Positions 1 to 13,444 of a stretch of 64,000 bases of DNA are shown here, in pieces. The notes beneath the pieces were generated by a model that had not been told where the DNA came from, made no database searches, and saw only the letters and a program-made list of their open reading frames with translations. This stretch comes from Camelus dromedarius (lineage: Eukaryota). The position numbers were made by a program, and so were the translations under genes. Position 1 is the stretch's first letter, and each line of letters begins with the position of its first letter. The stretch covers positions 66,526,001 through 66,590,000 of the forward strand of contig NC_087436.1 of assembly GCF_036321535.1 (NCBI RefSeq), given 5' to 3'.

Positions 1-3000
1 TCCTTCACAAAAATTCCCATTGTATTTCTGGTGGTATCATGGTAATAGAATGAAAGTGATAGTCATTTAGACACTTTCTTAAAGTGTATTTTTCAATGGT
101 TGGAATTACCTTCAATCTAAAGAAATTGTAGAATAGAAAAATGAGAGTTTTTAATAAATATAAAAATTGCCATTATAAAAAGTGAATGTGCATAGTTTGG
201 ACTGTCTCTCTCCAAAACCATGCTTGTAAATAAGTGCAAGTGTATTTTTGTTGCCATTCTTACTAATCCTGCTCTAGAATTTAATGAACATTTGTCCCAA
301 ATGAGTTCAAAGTTTATTATAGCCCTTATTCAAATATCTCCCAATAATAATCACAGAAAAAGCAGTTAACAGATAGGTATTTTAACCACCCCTCTTTTAT
401 AGATAACTTATTTTTTTAAAAAAGAAACCATTACTGTTAATTGTAAGAGCATTATAACACCATTTTTAAAATACGTGAGTAAGAAAAGTATCAAAATATA
501 ACTATTTAGAATGATTATTTTTAATTGAAAGGCCACAAAAATCCCTGCTGATACTGAAACAACTACTGTGTGGTCAGCAATTTTCTCAAATTGCCAAATG
601 TTATTAGAAGTGATTCATGCTGTGACAGCTACTTTGTATTACGAACTTTGGAGAAAACAAGAAAATAGTGTTCAGATTCATGTAGATTTCTATTCCTCCA
701 GTCATGCAATTGCTCTGAAAAAAAGTAGTAACAGATTAGTAGTTAAATATCCAATAAATTTGAGCCAAGGAATTATCTTGAAAGTTATGGTTATTTTTTT
801 TTTCACATAGGACACCTCTAAAGGGTTCAATACTATTTTAATTTCTCTCAGAACCATTATGAAAAAAGTTTCTAATGCTTGAAATAGTGAGATGGAATCT
901 CATCAATATTATACTTCTATGTTTTTAATGGATTTGTTGATCCCTAGCTATTTTACTTCTAGCAGAAATTTTAATATTTATTTTCTAATTAAATTCTGAC
1001 TTTTAAAATGATTTAAACAGACTTAATGTAATAATAAATCACTTTAGGGTTTCACAAATGTTTAAAATCTTTTCATTCATTGGAAGCTTTGTCAGTCAAT
1101 ACCTAGAACAACATTTTACAAATTATACATTGGAAAAACTCTGATTACTGCAGGAAATAATGTGAAATTGTTAAAACTGGTGAAAACTATGTTTATTAAG
1201 AGAACATGGAAAAATATATTGGTTTGCATTGAGAGAGTTTAAGGTATTCTTAAAATTCACCTGTATAGGCATATTTCATAGACATTCCTGAAACAATTTT
1301 TTACAATATCGGTCTTGACTGACAATTCTGAAGAAGCTGAGGAAATTTATAAGCCAAGTGTTATTATCTAATAATTAGAACCGTTAAGACATCAAGCTAC
1401 CAGAGTGAGAAGGAGATTGGATAGCAGCAAAGGCTTGGAGGATGATGAGCGGATGACGGCTGGGAGAGTTGGCATGGTCCTCTCCTCCAGTTTGGTTAGA
1501 AGGGAGCATTTAGACAAACTTTGAGTGGAGGTCTGATTCCCTACTCCTTGAATATAAATTGTCATGCTTAATAAAAGTCTAATTGTAATCAACCATGAGA
1601 TTTAAGGCTTCAGCTATGGGGGCAAATTAAAGTAGATTCTTCATTCACACTTCACATGCTGTTTAAAAATTCATGTGTATGTGTTTATAAAATTGGTTAC
1701 ATCAGACTGTGAAACACAACTTGTGTTGTGGGCTTTATATCAACAAATATCTAAAGGAGAAAACCTGGAATCAATAGAAGTGGCCAAATATAAATAAGAA
1801 AATCTTAAGTTTTGTGTCCAGTGCCTTCATCTTTTGTATATGACTCAATAGAAAAAGACCTAAAAATTTTCTGCTTCTATTCCTTTTTCTTTTCATACCG
1901 AATAACCTTCTTCTTCACCTAACTGTTCTTCAGATGTTCTTTCTATATTTTATTTTTTCCACATGTAGTTAGTCAAGAAAATACAGTTATTTTCCCAGTT
2001 ACTATGTTTATTGCTGGAAAAAATTATCTTCACCAAGCTAATGATATGAGAAAAAAAGGGATTTTCTGTTAACTCTGCTAATCTCATCACTTAATTTCCA
2101 TAACAACAGGGACACTAACAGTAATAATCATTATTGAGTATCTTTCAAATTCAATAAGCACATCAATATGCATACTTGGGTTGTAGAATAGGTACTTTTT
2201 CATCTGTGAACTTGTTCTCTAATTCCATTTGTTCTAAATTTGTTACCTCAGACATCTCTAATAGAACTCTTATCAAATGAAGGTCTTTATCTTGTCTTTT
2301 AATTTTTATTCTAGAACTAAAATTCTAAGTGATCCAATACCAGTTTCTGTAATGACCTTAAAAATCTCTGTGTAAAAATGTAGTTAAGATAATTCATTCA
2401 TCTCAAGGCAATTCTTGGACTCACGTGCACAACAAAACATACTTCCTTTTGTGTTAACAAACCTATAAAATGTGTATTAAACATACAAGAATGTAAATCT
2501 TCTGCAAGTAGATTTCAAGCCTAAATCTCAACATTATCAATATGAATTCTCAAAGATTCTTAAATACTACACTATCAAAACTCCTGGACTGCTTCTTTGT
2601 TGAGAAGACGGTACTTCAAACACTTTTCTTGAGTTTTATTTGAATACTTTATAAGAAAAAAAGAGAAAGAGAGAAGAACACTGTTAGCTGAATCTCAACA
2701 GAGATTCCTAATACACCCTTGGTTTCCCTGACGGCCTCCTGCAAGGTTCAAACTAGTCAAGGTGTTAAGCTAGTGTGAAAGACGAATGGCATCAACTCCA
2801 GCTCTGGGTTAAAAGATCTTAGGAAAGGAAAGATTTATCAAAAATGATAGACATGTGCCTTTGCCAAGATGGTAAACTGTGATAAAACCTAGCTAGTAAA
2901 ATACTAGTTCATAACATGACATATTTAGTAGAGTATAAACCTTCCAAAGCCTCTTTAGAAATTAAAATTTTGTTTTGACAAAAAATGGTATTACCTGAAC

Positions 3001-3456
3001 ACCTACTGTCTTATAGGCTATCAAAATAAAAACCATAGTAATAGTGTTTAAATCTATATCTAGTATTCAAAACTCAGCAAAAAGTCACCTGGATAATAGA
3101 TATAGAACATTTAAGTTAAATAGGCTTTTATTTTATACAAATATACAGCTGAAGACATTTCACTTGCTGAAAAATATAGTGTAGTTTTATACAGTAATAA
3201 ATTACTCCAGATTTCATTTACAATTACTTTCACTTTAAGCAACTACTAAATTGGCAGATATTTCAAGAATAAAGTTTTCACAAAGTAATCTGTCAAGGTG
3301 AAAAGGTTTTTGTGTTGGGTGGTACAAACATATCAGAGCATCACTAAGTCAAGAGAGGGATCAGAATGTAAGATTTCTGTGCTCAATGCTGCTTCAAGCC
3401 TCTGTACTCTCTGTCCCCTCAAACTGGAGTATGATTTTTCTTCCTGACTAAACTAT

Positions 3457-3481
3457 ACACACACACACACACACACACACA
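3457..3481. repeat. (AC)12 microsatellite
   Basis: Pure AC run read directly. Confidence 0.95.
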
Positions 3482-3874
3482 GAGACTTGTCTTGATTAAA
3501 GATCCAGTTGTACTTTGTAGATGATAACTTTAAAGCATAGAATAGTAGAAATTTGGTCAAAAAAAAGGGATAACACTCAAAATAGAAAATATTAATAATA
3601 TAGTGACATCAGCAGAAGCAGGAATGCAGAGGCAGAGGCAGCTGTAACTAGGGTTCTCTGGCTGTGGGCAGGGTGCTGGATTTTCTACATATGCTCTGAC
3701 TGTGCACCAAAAGGAAAGTGAGTCCAGCTGAGAGCTGGACTATGTAAGCTAGGTACAAGTGTTTGAAAATAGAACCATATATGGAACACACATGCATAAA
3801 CACATGCACACTATTACATATAAACACTGTGCTAATTGCTTTTCTATATCAAAAAGAAAACAACTCTTTTGTGC

Positions 3875-4299
3875 CATCCGTGTTCTGGATCTGACTTATT
3901 ATCAGCTTGTGAGAGCCAATTTTAAATTTTCAGAAATTTTGCCATCTAGCTGTTAAATTCAGTCATTTTTAAGAGTTAAATTATGTAAAGTGCCAACAAA
4001 ATAAATTACAGAGAAAACAAAGTGAATAAAATATCAAAAGTCCTAATTTCTTAATTATATCATTACATGTTAGTATTATCTGTGTTCTTTAAGTTAATTA
4101 CATCTATTATATTTGTATGATTGGAATGCTACAAAATGTATGCTACTGTGCATCTCTTCTGAATTCTGGGTAAAGTGATGTCACATTTGTAGCTTGAAAC
4201 TGGGCAGAGTAGGGTTATTTACAAAATACAAGCACACTAAAAATTAGGGCTTTTTGTTTAGAGACTCAGTTGTTAAAACATTCCTAGTACATCACAGTG
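3875..4299 (+). mobile_element. MER63B-like non-autonomous hAT (Blackjack) DNA transposon
   Basis: Colinear with the remembered MER63 consensus: 'cagcttgtgagagccaattttaaattttcagaaatttt', 'gctactgtgcatctctt', 'gtcacatttgtagcttgaaa', and end 'agttgttaaaacattcctagtacatcacagtg'. Confidence 0.75.
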
Positions 4300-5814
4300 T
4301 AATGTCCTAATTAAATATTAAAAAGGATGATTTTTAACACAAGAATACAGTAGTTTTTTTAGTTCAGTTACCCTGATAATAATATTTGAAATCAATTTCC
4401 AAACCAATATGATAGTTCTCAAACCTTTACACCTAATAACAGCCCCACCCAATTGATTTATAGCCATCTGGCATCCCTATATGTGACTGTGGATGCTCAA
4501 TTTCTGTCCTGTAGTAGAAAAGTCACAATGTAATGACACATTAGAATAATAAGAATCTACACTATATTTGCATTTCCTATTTCAAAAACTTGGTTCCATG
4601 TGTAGTATGTATAACCATATTCATAGCTGTCTGAGAGATTTATAAATGTAATATTGAATTGTGAAAAAAAAAAAGACAGTTCTCAAATATCCTACCATCT
4701 TACTATTTGAGGATTATCTGTTCTTACACTTTGGTATGGAGAAAAATAATCCACTATTTTTTTTAAAGAAATATTGTTGGCTTGAAGATTTGACTCCAGT
4801 AGATATATGTTAAACCAGTACCCTAAGTAAGATAGGTGGTACATAGACCACATATTTAAAAACACTTTTTTAGGAGGCAGTAATATTTAATTTCTATTTG
4901 ACAAATAAATGTGATGTTATATAATAGTGTATATAAACTATACTTTAATTTGAAAAAACCCTACAAAAAATAAACGTGATGGGGATCACATTTTATATAT
5001 ACTAGTTAAGAATTGCTTCTAGTATACATCTCCAAATGGTTTTATATCTTTAGTCAGAAATTAAAATAAAATTTGATTTAAATAAGTATTAATCAACTTG
5101 AAATGTTTATGCTTATGTTCTGATATGATTTTTCATATCACTTTTCTAAAGGCCTCTTTCCAAATTTTACTGACCTAGGAAGATAGTCCTGTAAGTGAAG
5201 GAGATTTAAAAAAACACCCAGTAAAGATTGTTTCAATATTAAAGCTGTCAGGGAAACATAAGGGCAGTCAGAAAGCTTGATTAATTAATACTTGCAACTG
5301 GGATCAAATTGTATAGGTCAGCTTCTCCAAATATTTCAGGGTTGATGAGAAATTAGGACCACTAATAAATGAAGAGTGAGTGACATTAAATTAATGATGA
5401 CTTTAAAGCTGCTGAGGTATTGAACTCATCAGTTGAGTTTATCCTTAATAAGAAAAACAGCAAAGAGGAATCCATGCAATTAGAAGTGGCATGCTTGTAA
5501 TAAAAGCAGCTCCTGACAAAAACAAGCATAGGATATTTTATTTGAACTTAGAGACCTTGTTTGATAAATTAAAAGTTCCACTATTTAAAAAAAATGGATA
5601 ATTAGCATTGGAAAGTTACAAAAAAGATATGTGTTAAATATTTTAGTGATCTTCATGATAGTTCTTAAGTATTAAAAAAAAAAATACCAGAAATCATATG
5701 GAAACAAAGTACCCATGAAATAAAAGGAGATACATTAATACTAATTTGAACAGAGAACATTGGGCTAAATCAAAGCTAGCAGTAAAAACCTGTTAAAGAA
5801 TTATGACTGAATCT

Positions 5815-6235
5815 TAACCCAAACCAGTCATATCTCTTACCATCATCCCTGCTTGTTTCCCCCACCCCCATATACATAGTACTCCAGAATGCTGAATTAT
5901 CCAGTTCCCCAAACTCTCTATACTCTGTGACTGTTTTCCCCCCTTCTGTTTTTCTTCCATCTATCTAAATCTTACTAATCTTTGGTTCTTAGTTTAGGCA
6001 CTCTTTAGTTAGACACTTGCTCTGAGAAGACTTCCCTGGATTTCTCTCTGGGTTAAGAATATTTCTGTGTGTTTCCGTACCAGTATGTGTGCCCTGTTGT
6101 AATCCTTCATCTTGCCTGAGCTGGCTATCCCACTAGATATCTTGTAGAAAAAGAACCTGTCTCTCTTTGGTACCGTTTCATCCCTAGTGTCCAGCAGAGT
6201 TCTCAGTAAACATTTACTGAGTGCATGAATGGACT
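5815..6235 (+). mobile_element. LINE2 3' end fragment
   Basis: Pyrimidine-rich L2 body ending 'tcatccctagtgtccagcagagttctcagtaaacatttactgagtgcatgaatgga', typical of an L2 3' terminus. Confidence 0.7.
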
Positions 6236-6356
6236 AGGTAGTCGGCTAGGCTTCCTTGCTTGGAATATGAAGAAATTCTGTGTAGGAACTGATACTGGCA
6301 CAGCTCATTGGAGGCTCACCTGGATGCACTCTTCTCTTTTACTATCTGTTACAGAG

Positions 6357-6517
6357 CAGTTTCACAAAACAAAGCCCAAAGACCATCTACATCAAAATTA
6401 TCTGAGACATTGCTAAAATATCTAATTTTGGGATCCCACCCAATCACTTTTGAAATAAAATTTCTGGAAATAGAATCATGAAATTCCTGCACATACTAAA
6501 ATCAAAGAATGCCACTA
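6357..6517. mobile_element. MER5-like hAT-Charlie MITE, internally deleted
   Basis: 'cagtttcacaaaac...catcaaaattatctgagacattgctaaaata...ctgcacatactaaaatcaaagaatgccact' resembles MER5A/B termini and body. Confidence 0.5.
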
Positions 6518-7228
6518 AGGAGAAAACATGGCAAGGATGGGGGTTTTTTTGTTGTTGTTGATTCTTGGATATGGAATCTACACCATTATCTCACAGAAGT
6601 ATGGGATGTAAAATTCTTAATTCATGGACATATAACAGAGTTTTGTACAGAAAAATATGTAAATGTAAATATTTTACATATTAATGTATAAATATAATGT
6701 AAAGATACTTAATAAATTAACCAGAAAAGTCTGTCAAGTTGCCTAAAGTAATATTTCAGAAGGCAACAGAATCAGCAGCATAGAGAGAACTGACAGATAC
6801 TCTAATTCATATAGATCCTGACTGCATTGCCAGGTATGATTTGTCTAAGTTTATACCAATCTGAAAGTGAGTGGAATGAAATATGCTGTTAGTGAGCTAG
6901 TCAGGAAGAATAAACTTATATTAGCTTCAGACCCAGTTGTTGTAGGAAACTATGATGAGAGGGTGTTGGGTGTGAAAACAAGATCCAAAGTCCAAAGTCC
7001 AGGATTGACACCTGCAATAGCACAGTGCTCTGTTACTGGTGAGAGAGGAGGTCTACCCTCCTTCTCATCTTCACTTTAAAATACCGCAGGCTCATCTCTG
7101 TTTCTTTTCAGTTTTTCTTTAAATAACACCTCATTTTAACTGTGTCATATAAAAGCAATGCTTACAAGTCTTAATTGCTGACCTGAGCAAGTTATTTGAG
7201 AGAGAAAATAGGTAGTAAATCTTATAAT

Positions 7229-7359
7229 CAGGGTGCCCATACACCCTAGTCTGCCTGGGGTGGTCTGATTTAATCCTATAGTCCTAGTGTGATTAGTAAG
7301 AGTGCCTCTTTCATTCTCAGAAGTACCCCAGTTTGAACAATAAGTTGTGTGACACCCAA
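7229..7359. mobile_element. MER94-like hAT-Blackjack MITE (~130 bp)
   Basis: Terminal inverted repeats 'cagggtgcccata' and 'tgtgacaccc'; body matches remembered MER94 ('ctttcattctcagaagtaccccagtttg'). Confidence 0.75.
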
Positions 7360-8317
7360 ATTTTAAACTGCATGGGTATGTGGTATGAGTCCTGTAAAAG
7401 TTCTTAGAAAAAAAATAAAACCTTTCACTGCTAAATTTCTTGGTTTGTATTAAACTTTTGAAACAAAATCATTGTATTACTAAATAATCAGAAAAAATAT
7501 TTTTGAACAACTCTAGTCTCCAAGGATGTGTGGAAACAATCACAAAGGCAAGTAACAGAAAATGAACGATGTCTTACCTCAGGCTAACTATCAACCCCAC
7601 TCAAATCATTTACTGCCCTCTGCCAACTCCCTTTCTCACTCCCCTTAGTGGTGTATCTGGGGCAATATGTAGGCTATTTGATTAAGTAGCAAATTTCTAA
7701 CTTGTGCCCATGTTGAAATGAAATTACTTTTTACCTCAGGTTTTAATACTAAGGAAGATTTGATAGTGGGAAACAGAAAACAAAATAAAGAAAAAATAAT
7801 TCCAAGTAATGAAAGAAATTTCCAGGTAACACTAAGTCCAGTTGCCTTTTCCTGGGTAAGGCTAGGGAGAACTATATAGCGCCTAAGGGAACCGAAGAAG
7901 ATAGTGCTTAGAAGTCATTTGCTAATATTTTGAAGATTTCACATGTGGCATCTGCTAGCATTCAAGGAGTCACTCCTTAAGCATTTGCACAGATACATAG
8001 ATTGGTAGGCAAATTCAGTAATCTCTTTTGAAAGTTGGATCCTAGCCCCTGCCAAGTGAAGTTTGAAGAGCTTTATCTGAAATACATTTCTTTTTGGTAA
8101 ATAACAAAATTTGCTCTTAAATGTAACTATATAGAAATAATGAAAATTAATCATCCATCAATTCTGCCATAATTGGCATTGGCCTAGTAACAAACACTTG
8201 TCATCTGGTTTATTTATTGTGGAAATATACTAATTCAAATTTACTTTTTAATACTTTTGTTAAGAAGGATAGATACTAAAATATAACATTGAATATTACC
8301 TACCAATTTCCAAATAA

Positions 8318-8535
8318 TATTTATTGAATCCTTTTGATGTGCCTGGCTCTTTTTGAAGCACTCTACAGTGCTCATTTAATTTTCAAAAACACTAAGAAAT
8401 AAGCATTGTTATATTCCTGATTTCAGAGACATGTAAACTGAAATACAGAGAGATTAACTGATTGTCCCAGATCAGTCTAGCTATATCAGAGCTAGAATTT
8501 TGACAGAGTCTGTATACCTAACCACTATATTATAT
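8318..8535 (-). mobile_element. MIR SINE
   Basis: Reverse MIR core 'atttcagagacatgtaaactgaaatacagagagattaactgattgtcccagatc' and end 'taaccactatattata'. Confidence 0.65.
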
Positions 8536-9419
8536 AGCTTTCCATGGTTATTTCTTTAATAAATGGTCAGTCAGTTTGTACTCCTCATTGATTATGGCAC
8601 TGTTTGAACAAATCCACTTTGGTATCTAGTAGTCCAAGAATTATAGATTAGCTAAAATTGTTTGGGTTAGGAATGGGCTATGCATGATCACTTATGTTGT
8701 ATTAGCATACTTGAGAAATAAAGGAGACAGTCTTCTTTAAATAAATAAAGAGCATTGCTGTAAACCTTTATCCACTGCATATTACTCGCAGTCCATCACT
8801 ATAAACTTTCTGATATTTTTCTTCTAAAGAGTACAAATCCTGACTAGAGAGAAGACATATGGGATATATCTGCTTATTATATTAGCAAGCTAAGCACTGG
8901 GTTTTATCTTAAGAAGAAATATCTATAGTAGGGATTCCAAATTCAAATGATGAATAGAGTCAAAAACATAATGGACATTAGTTTGTTGTAGACTGATAAA
9001 TATTAACCAGTATTTTAGCTTCAGTGATTGGAAGACAATAGGGAATTGTGGGAAGTATGGCAAATCAGAAGATGTATGTCCTGTCTAAAGAGTCAGACAT
9101 GAAACACAAGTTTGACTGTTTCTAAAGGGAAATTAGATACCTAGATTATTGCATGAAATATTATTTTTAAATGTTACTAGTAGATGCAGTTTAAAAACAT
9201 TTGCAAACCAGATTAACAGTGGAGCAAACAAAACAGTCTTTGGTCCACGTTCAGTATATCTTGACAGTTTAGACCTGGTCTATAGCATATACCACATACA
9301 AGCCTCTGTTCTATAGCATATACTGTGTAAGGAGAACCTTAGCAGCCGCCATGATACTTGGTTATTTTTTTGCCCTTGGACATACACTTTGAAGAAATGC
9401 CCAAGGTAAAAGACTAATG

Positions 9420-9720
9420 TTCACTAAACAAATGCATGAATGCCTACTCAAATGAATATTTCTTAGTTGGGCAAAGTGTTGGGGTTTCAAAAATTATAGA
9501 TACATTTTTCTGACATATGATACTCAAAATCTAAGAAAAAAACAGACACATAAGCAAATAATTACATTTCAAGGTACATACTTCTTTTATAGCACGTATT
9601 ATGGTGCTAGAAGAACAGAAAGGAAGAAGTTACTGCATCTGGTGGATTAGCAGAAGTCTATGACTTGGGTCTTAATTGAATCGGTAGGCGTTTTTAAGAC
9701 ATAGAATGTGGTTGGGAATA
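9420..9720 (-). mobile_element. LINE2 3' fragment
   Basis: Begins 'ttcactaaacaaatgcatgaatgcctac', followed by purine-rich reverse L2 body. Confidence 0.55.
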
Positions 9721-10039
9721 GAATTATTAGCCAAGAGAATTAATGTGCATTAATATTATTGTTTAAAGTGCCTGGAATCTTCAAACCAAGCCATCTATGT
9801 TTTTAATGAGATTGTGGAACAAACAGAAATGCCCACATACAACACTAAATAATATCAGAACCAAATCTAAGTCAGAGGATTTTAATTACTGATTTGCTTT
9901 AAAATATTAGACACAAACATTAATTTTTCTTCCTATTAGTCTTGGGTAGTTACCATAAAGTCTTATAAACTATCATGATAAATTTTAGTAAAGAATTAGT
10001 GACATTTTTTTTTAGTCAGAAAGAGCATTATTATTCATC

Positions 10040-10445
10040 TAATCCAGATTCCATCCAGTGCAGAAATTTCTTCCATAGTCCTTGAAGTTGCTATGTCTAT
10101 TTACACGGTTCTAATGAAGAAAAACTGCTTGTCTAGGTTTGGATTTTATTCTTGGGTATCTTTAATTACAGAAAGCTTCACATTGCAGGGAGTTCAAATC
10201 TGCCTCCGTATAAATACTATATATTGATCTTAAGGTCTTTCTTCTAGAATAACCAAATAATATTTTGAATTTTCACATGGTAATTCTTAAAATGTTTGAA
10301 GAAGCTGTCATTTTTGAATGTTTGAAACTATCATTTTTTTTTTGTCTTCTATCCCCAAGCTATATATAGCCAGCTCCTTCAAATATTACTTATTTATTGT
10401 GGTTTCCAGAACTCCATGAATCAGTTAGCTTTCCTCAATCCCATT
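10040..10445 (-). mobile_element. L3/CR1 LINE 3' fragment
   Basis: 'aaatctgcctcc', 'aaaatgtttgaagaagctgtcat', 'gtcttctatccccaagctata...ccagctccttcaa' and 'tggtttccag' match the reverse complement of the CR1/L3 ORF2 C-terminus. Confidence 0.55.
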
Positions 10446-11521
10446 ACTCCAAGTGGAACCTCTATCTCTTATTAATATTTGTGTCATGATCATGAATGGA
10501 AAAAGATAAGAGAATATGAATATATCAGTGCACAATTGTCCCCTAGGCTTAAACAATAATACAAACCATATTCTTTCCATATGATAGAGGTCTGGAATGT
10601 CATCTAATATATACTTCTACATATTTGGTTTAGATTTGAAATGTATATCAAGAAAAACACAGTTATTCCCATTGTCCTTTGCTATATATATGCTAACTTC
10701 ACAAAAATTTGCATGAAAAATTTTTAAAATATTTCTTGAAGTCTTTGCTATTTAGACTAGTCCATGACTAAGCAGGCCATTCTGTTTGTGGGATCGAGTA
10801 TTGTTAGCCTGCTTTCCATAACATGTGCTTTATTAAGGTTACCTCCCGCTTTTTTTGCAAGTCTTTCTTCAATTTTATTCTCTTTTCTGCATTTCAAGCT
10901 ATTCTTCTTAATCCAAACAAAATGGTACTCCGCAGCGCCGTATTTCCTATGTACTTATAAGTGACTCTGAGTAAAAACCGTGTGCCAGATGGATGACATT
11001 AAAGTGGAACCTGATAGAGTACACTTGAACAAAAGTATGAGGCAGTTTGTTAAATTTCTCACAGATAATCACAAGGTGATATTAGCAGGTTTAAATTATG
11101 AAAACTATAGAAATCATAAAGGATAAATTATCATAAATATTTGCTGAAAAAATAATGACTCTTCAATGAGATAGAACTTTTGCTTATTATGGAAAGAATA
11201 GCCACCATGAAAGTAAAAATAAACAGTTATCTATGATTGGGATATAATTTGCTTTGCCAGAAAGACTTGACTAAATACTGAAATATGTGAGACACTTTGA
11301 AATTAGGAGCAGGCATAGCAGGGACACAGTAAATAAAGTTTAAATAATAGAGTTGCAACAAAAAATTGCTGAAAATAGAGAACATATATGGGAAAAATAG
11401 CACCAATGAAAGAAAGAAGTTTGGAAAGAATGAAGATGTTTCAGGACTGTAATAAATGGAAGCCCTCTCCCTCATCCAAGTTCAGAACCAATTGAGAGGT
11501 AGGCTAAAGGGTCAAGTAGAC

Positions 11522-11785
11522 TGTGGTAGACTGTTATATGTTAGTCCCCAGTGAACAACACATCTTAGTATTTACCCCACGTATGACCCCTTTCCACATG
11601 GAGCTCAGACTTGGTAATATTACTTGCTTTGAATGCAGCTTACATGAGTGACCTTAGCTAAATCATAAGCAGCAGCAGAAGTACCAAACTAAGCCCAGTC
11701 CATCCACAAAATTATGAGAGAAAAATAAAATTTTGTTTTAAGCCACTAAATTTTGGGCTGGTTTGGGCAATAAGTAATTGAAACA
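11522..11785 (+). mobile_element. MLT1 (F-H group) ERVL-MaLR solo LTR, internally deleted
   Basis: Starts 'tgtggtagactg'; ends 'aaataaaattttgttttaagccactaaattttggg...aattgaaaca'. Confidence 0.7.
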
Positions 11786-13444
11786 CTGATGTAGATCAAA
11801 CAACAGGACTGTTGGTGAACATGGCTTAGATATTTAGCCTAATAGGCTTCCTAAAACTGAATCCTAGAGTTAGATAGTCTTATGGCCACCCACTCATGGG
11901 AAATGTCTGGCAACTAGAAGTCCCTCCCCATAGGTTTTGAATTTCTTCCATGTAAAATTTGCAGCATAGAAGGAGCAAAACTGAATAAACCCTGTGCAGG
12001 CAGGCACACTCTAAAAAGAAAAGAGGGATTTGGCCATGAAAACTCTATTTTTAATCTCTTATCTAACATAATCAGATTACACTCCTTTTTCCCAGAGGAT
12101 TCAGGGAACAGACAGTAATGGAGGAAATGGAGACATGAGTGCCATTTGTATTGTTGTCTCTCCATTTGGAAACCAGAGTACGTGGAGACGATCTTCCCAG
12201 TTCCCGTCCCCACCATGACCACCAACAGAGGCTGCAGCAAAAGCTATATGCAGATACTGTATCAGGAGACATCATTTTCCAACCTAAATTTCTGGTGAAA
12301 TTGTATAATCTCTAAGGTTCAGGCTGTGTGTTATATGTGTTGTTTCTTTCTCAGGATTCAACTCAATGCCTGACATAGAGTAGACATGTAGCATTGAATG
12401 AATGAGTTAAAAACACAACCTTTCTAGCTTAACTGTAGTCACTGAATTCACTCAGAAATTTTTTAAGTGTGGGGAAAATACTCTATTGTGAATTTTAATG
12501 TATCTTAGCTTATGTAGATAAATTAACAAACAAAAATGCATATTAAATGTTTGTAATTTCCTCTTAAGTCCTACATAAATTTATTTTTAAAATCACCTCC
12601 AACCTCTGTGTTCTATGATGGGCTATGCAGAATTTAATTACTATTAATTACTGTTATTATTTCCTGATGTTCCTTATCAGAATATTTCATTTTTATGCCA
12701 ATTAGAGTATAATTATTAGGATAATGGACTCTACAAAAACCAATTATGCAATGAGACTAGATGGGATTTATCTCTAGTAATTGAGTCTCACAATTTAAGA
12801 TCAGAATAAGTGAATCAAAATGAAAATGTAGAATCATTAATCCCCCAGGCATCAACAATAAGGTTGAATTTGCTCTTTTACCCCAAATTAATCTGATATT
12901 TTACAGTGTCACACCAGTTGATATATAGGCCCATTCAGCATGAGTAAAGCTGTGTTCATCCCACTTACAATTCAGCCTCAGGCCACACATCTTCCACGAA
13001 CTTTTTTTATTAGAGCTTTATATTTGATCCAGAACAATGATGTAAATATGTGGTAAATTCTCAGTTACAAAGTTTCCTTGGAACTTATTTGGTTCTTATT
13101 CTAATTTCAGTTCTAAAATGCATTTCCCTTAAAAATAGGGCAGAATGGACAGCCACTCACTTGGTGTTAGTCTTGCTCTGGGAATGTCCCAATGCCTAAT
13201 CTTCAGAAACCATGATAAAATTCTGAATTGTAAAGATGCATTGCTTTAGGTAAACTCACCCTAAATACCTGATATAGCAACACTTTAAACTGTGTGTCTT
13301 TGAAAAGGACACGTTACTTAATTTCGTAGCAGGGAAGGTAAGAGAACATGAGGGCCAAGCATGACTGGGAACATGATAGAAGTGAGCAATACTGAAAGGG
13401 AGCATTAATTTTTTACACTCCACACACTTTTCTTTGGGGAATAC

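Noticed and set aside
6867-7079. 70-aa ORF with protein-like composition
   Set aside because: GTG start, no recognisable homology, no convincing exon boundaries.
12208-12298. CCACCATGA Kozak-like start with a 27-codon ORF
   Set aside because: No promoter or exon context; expected by chance.
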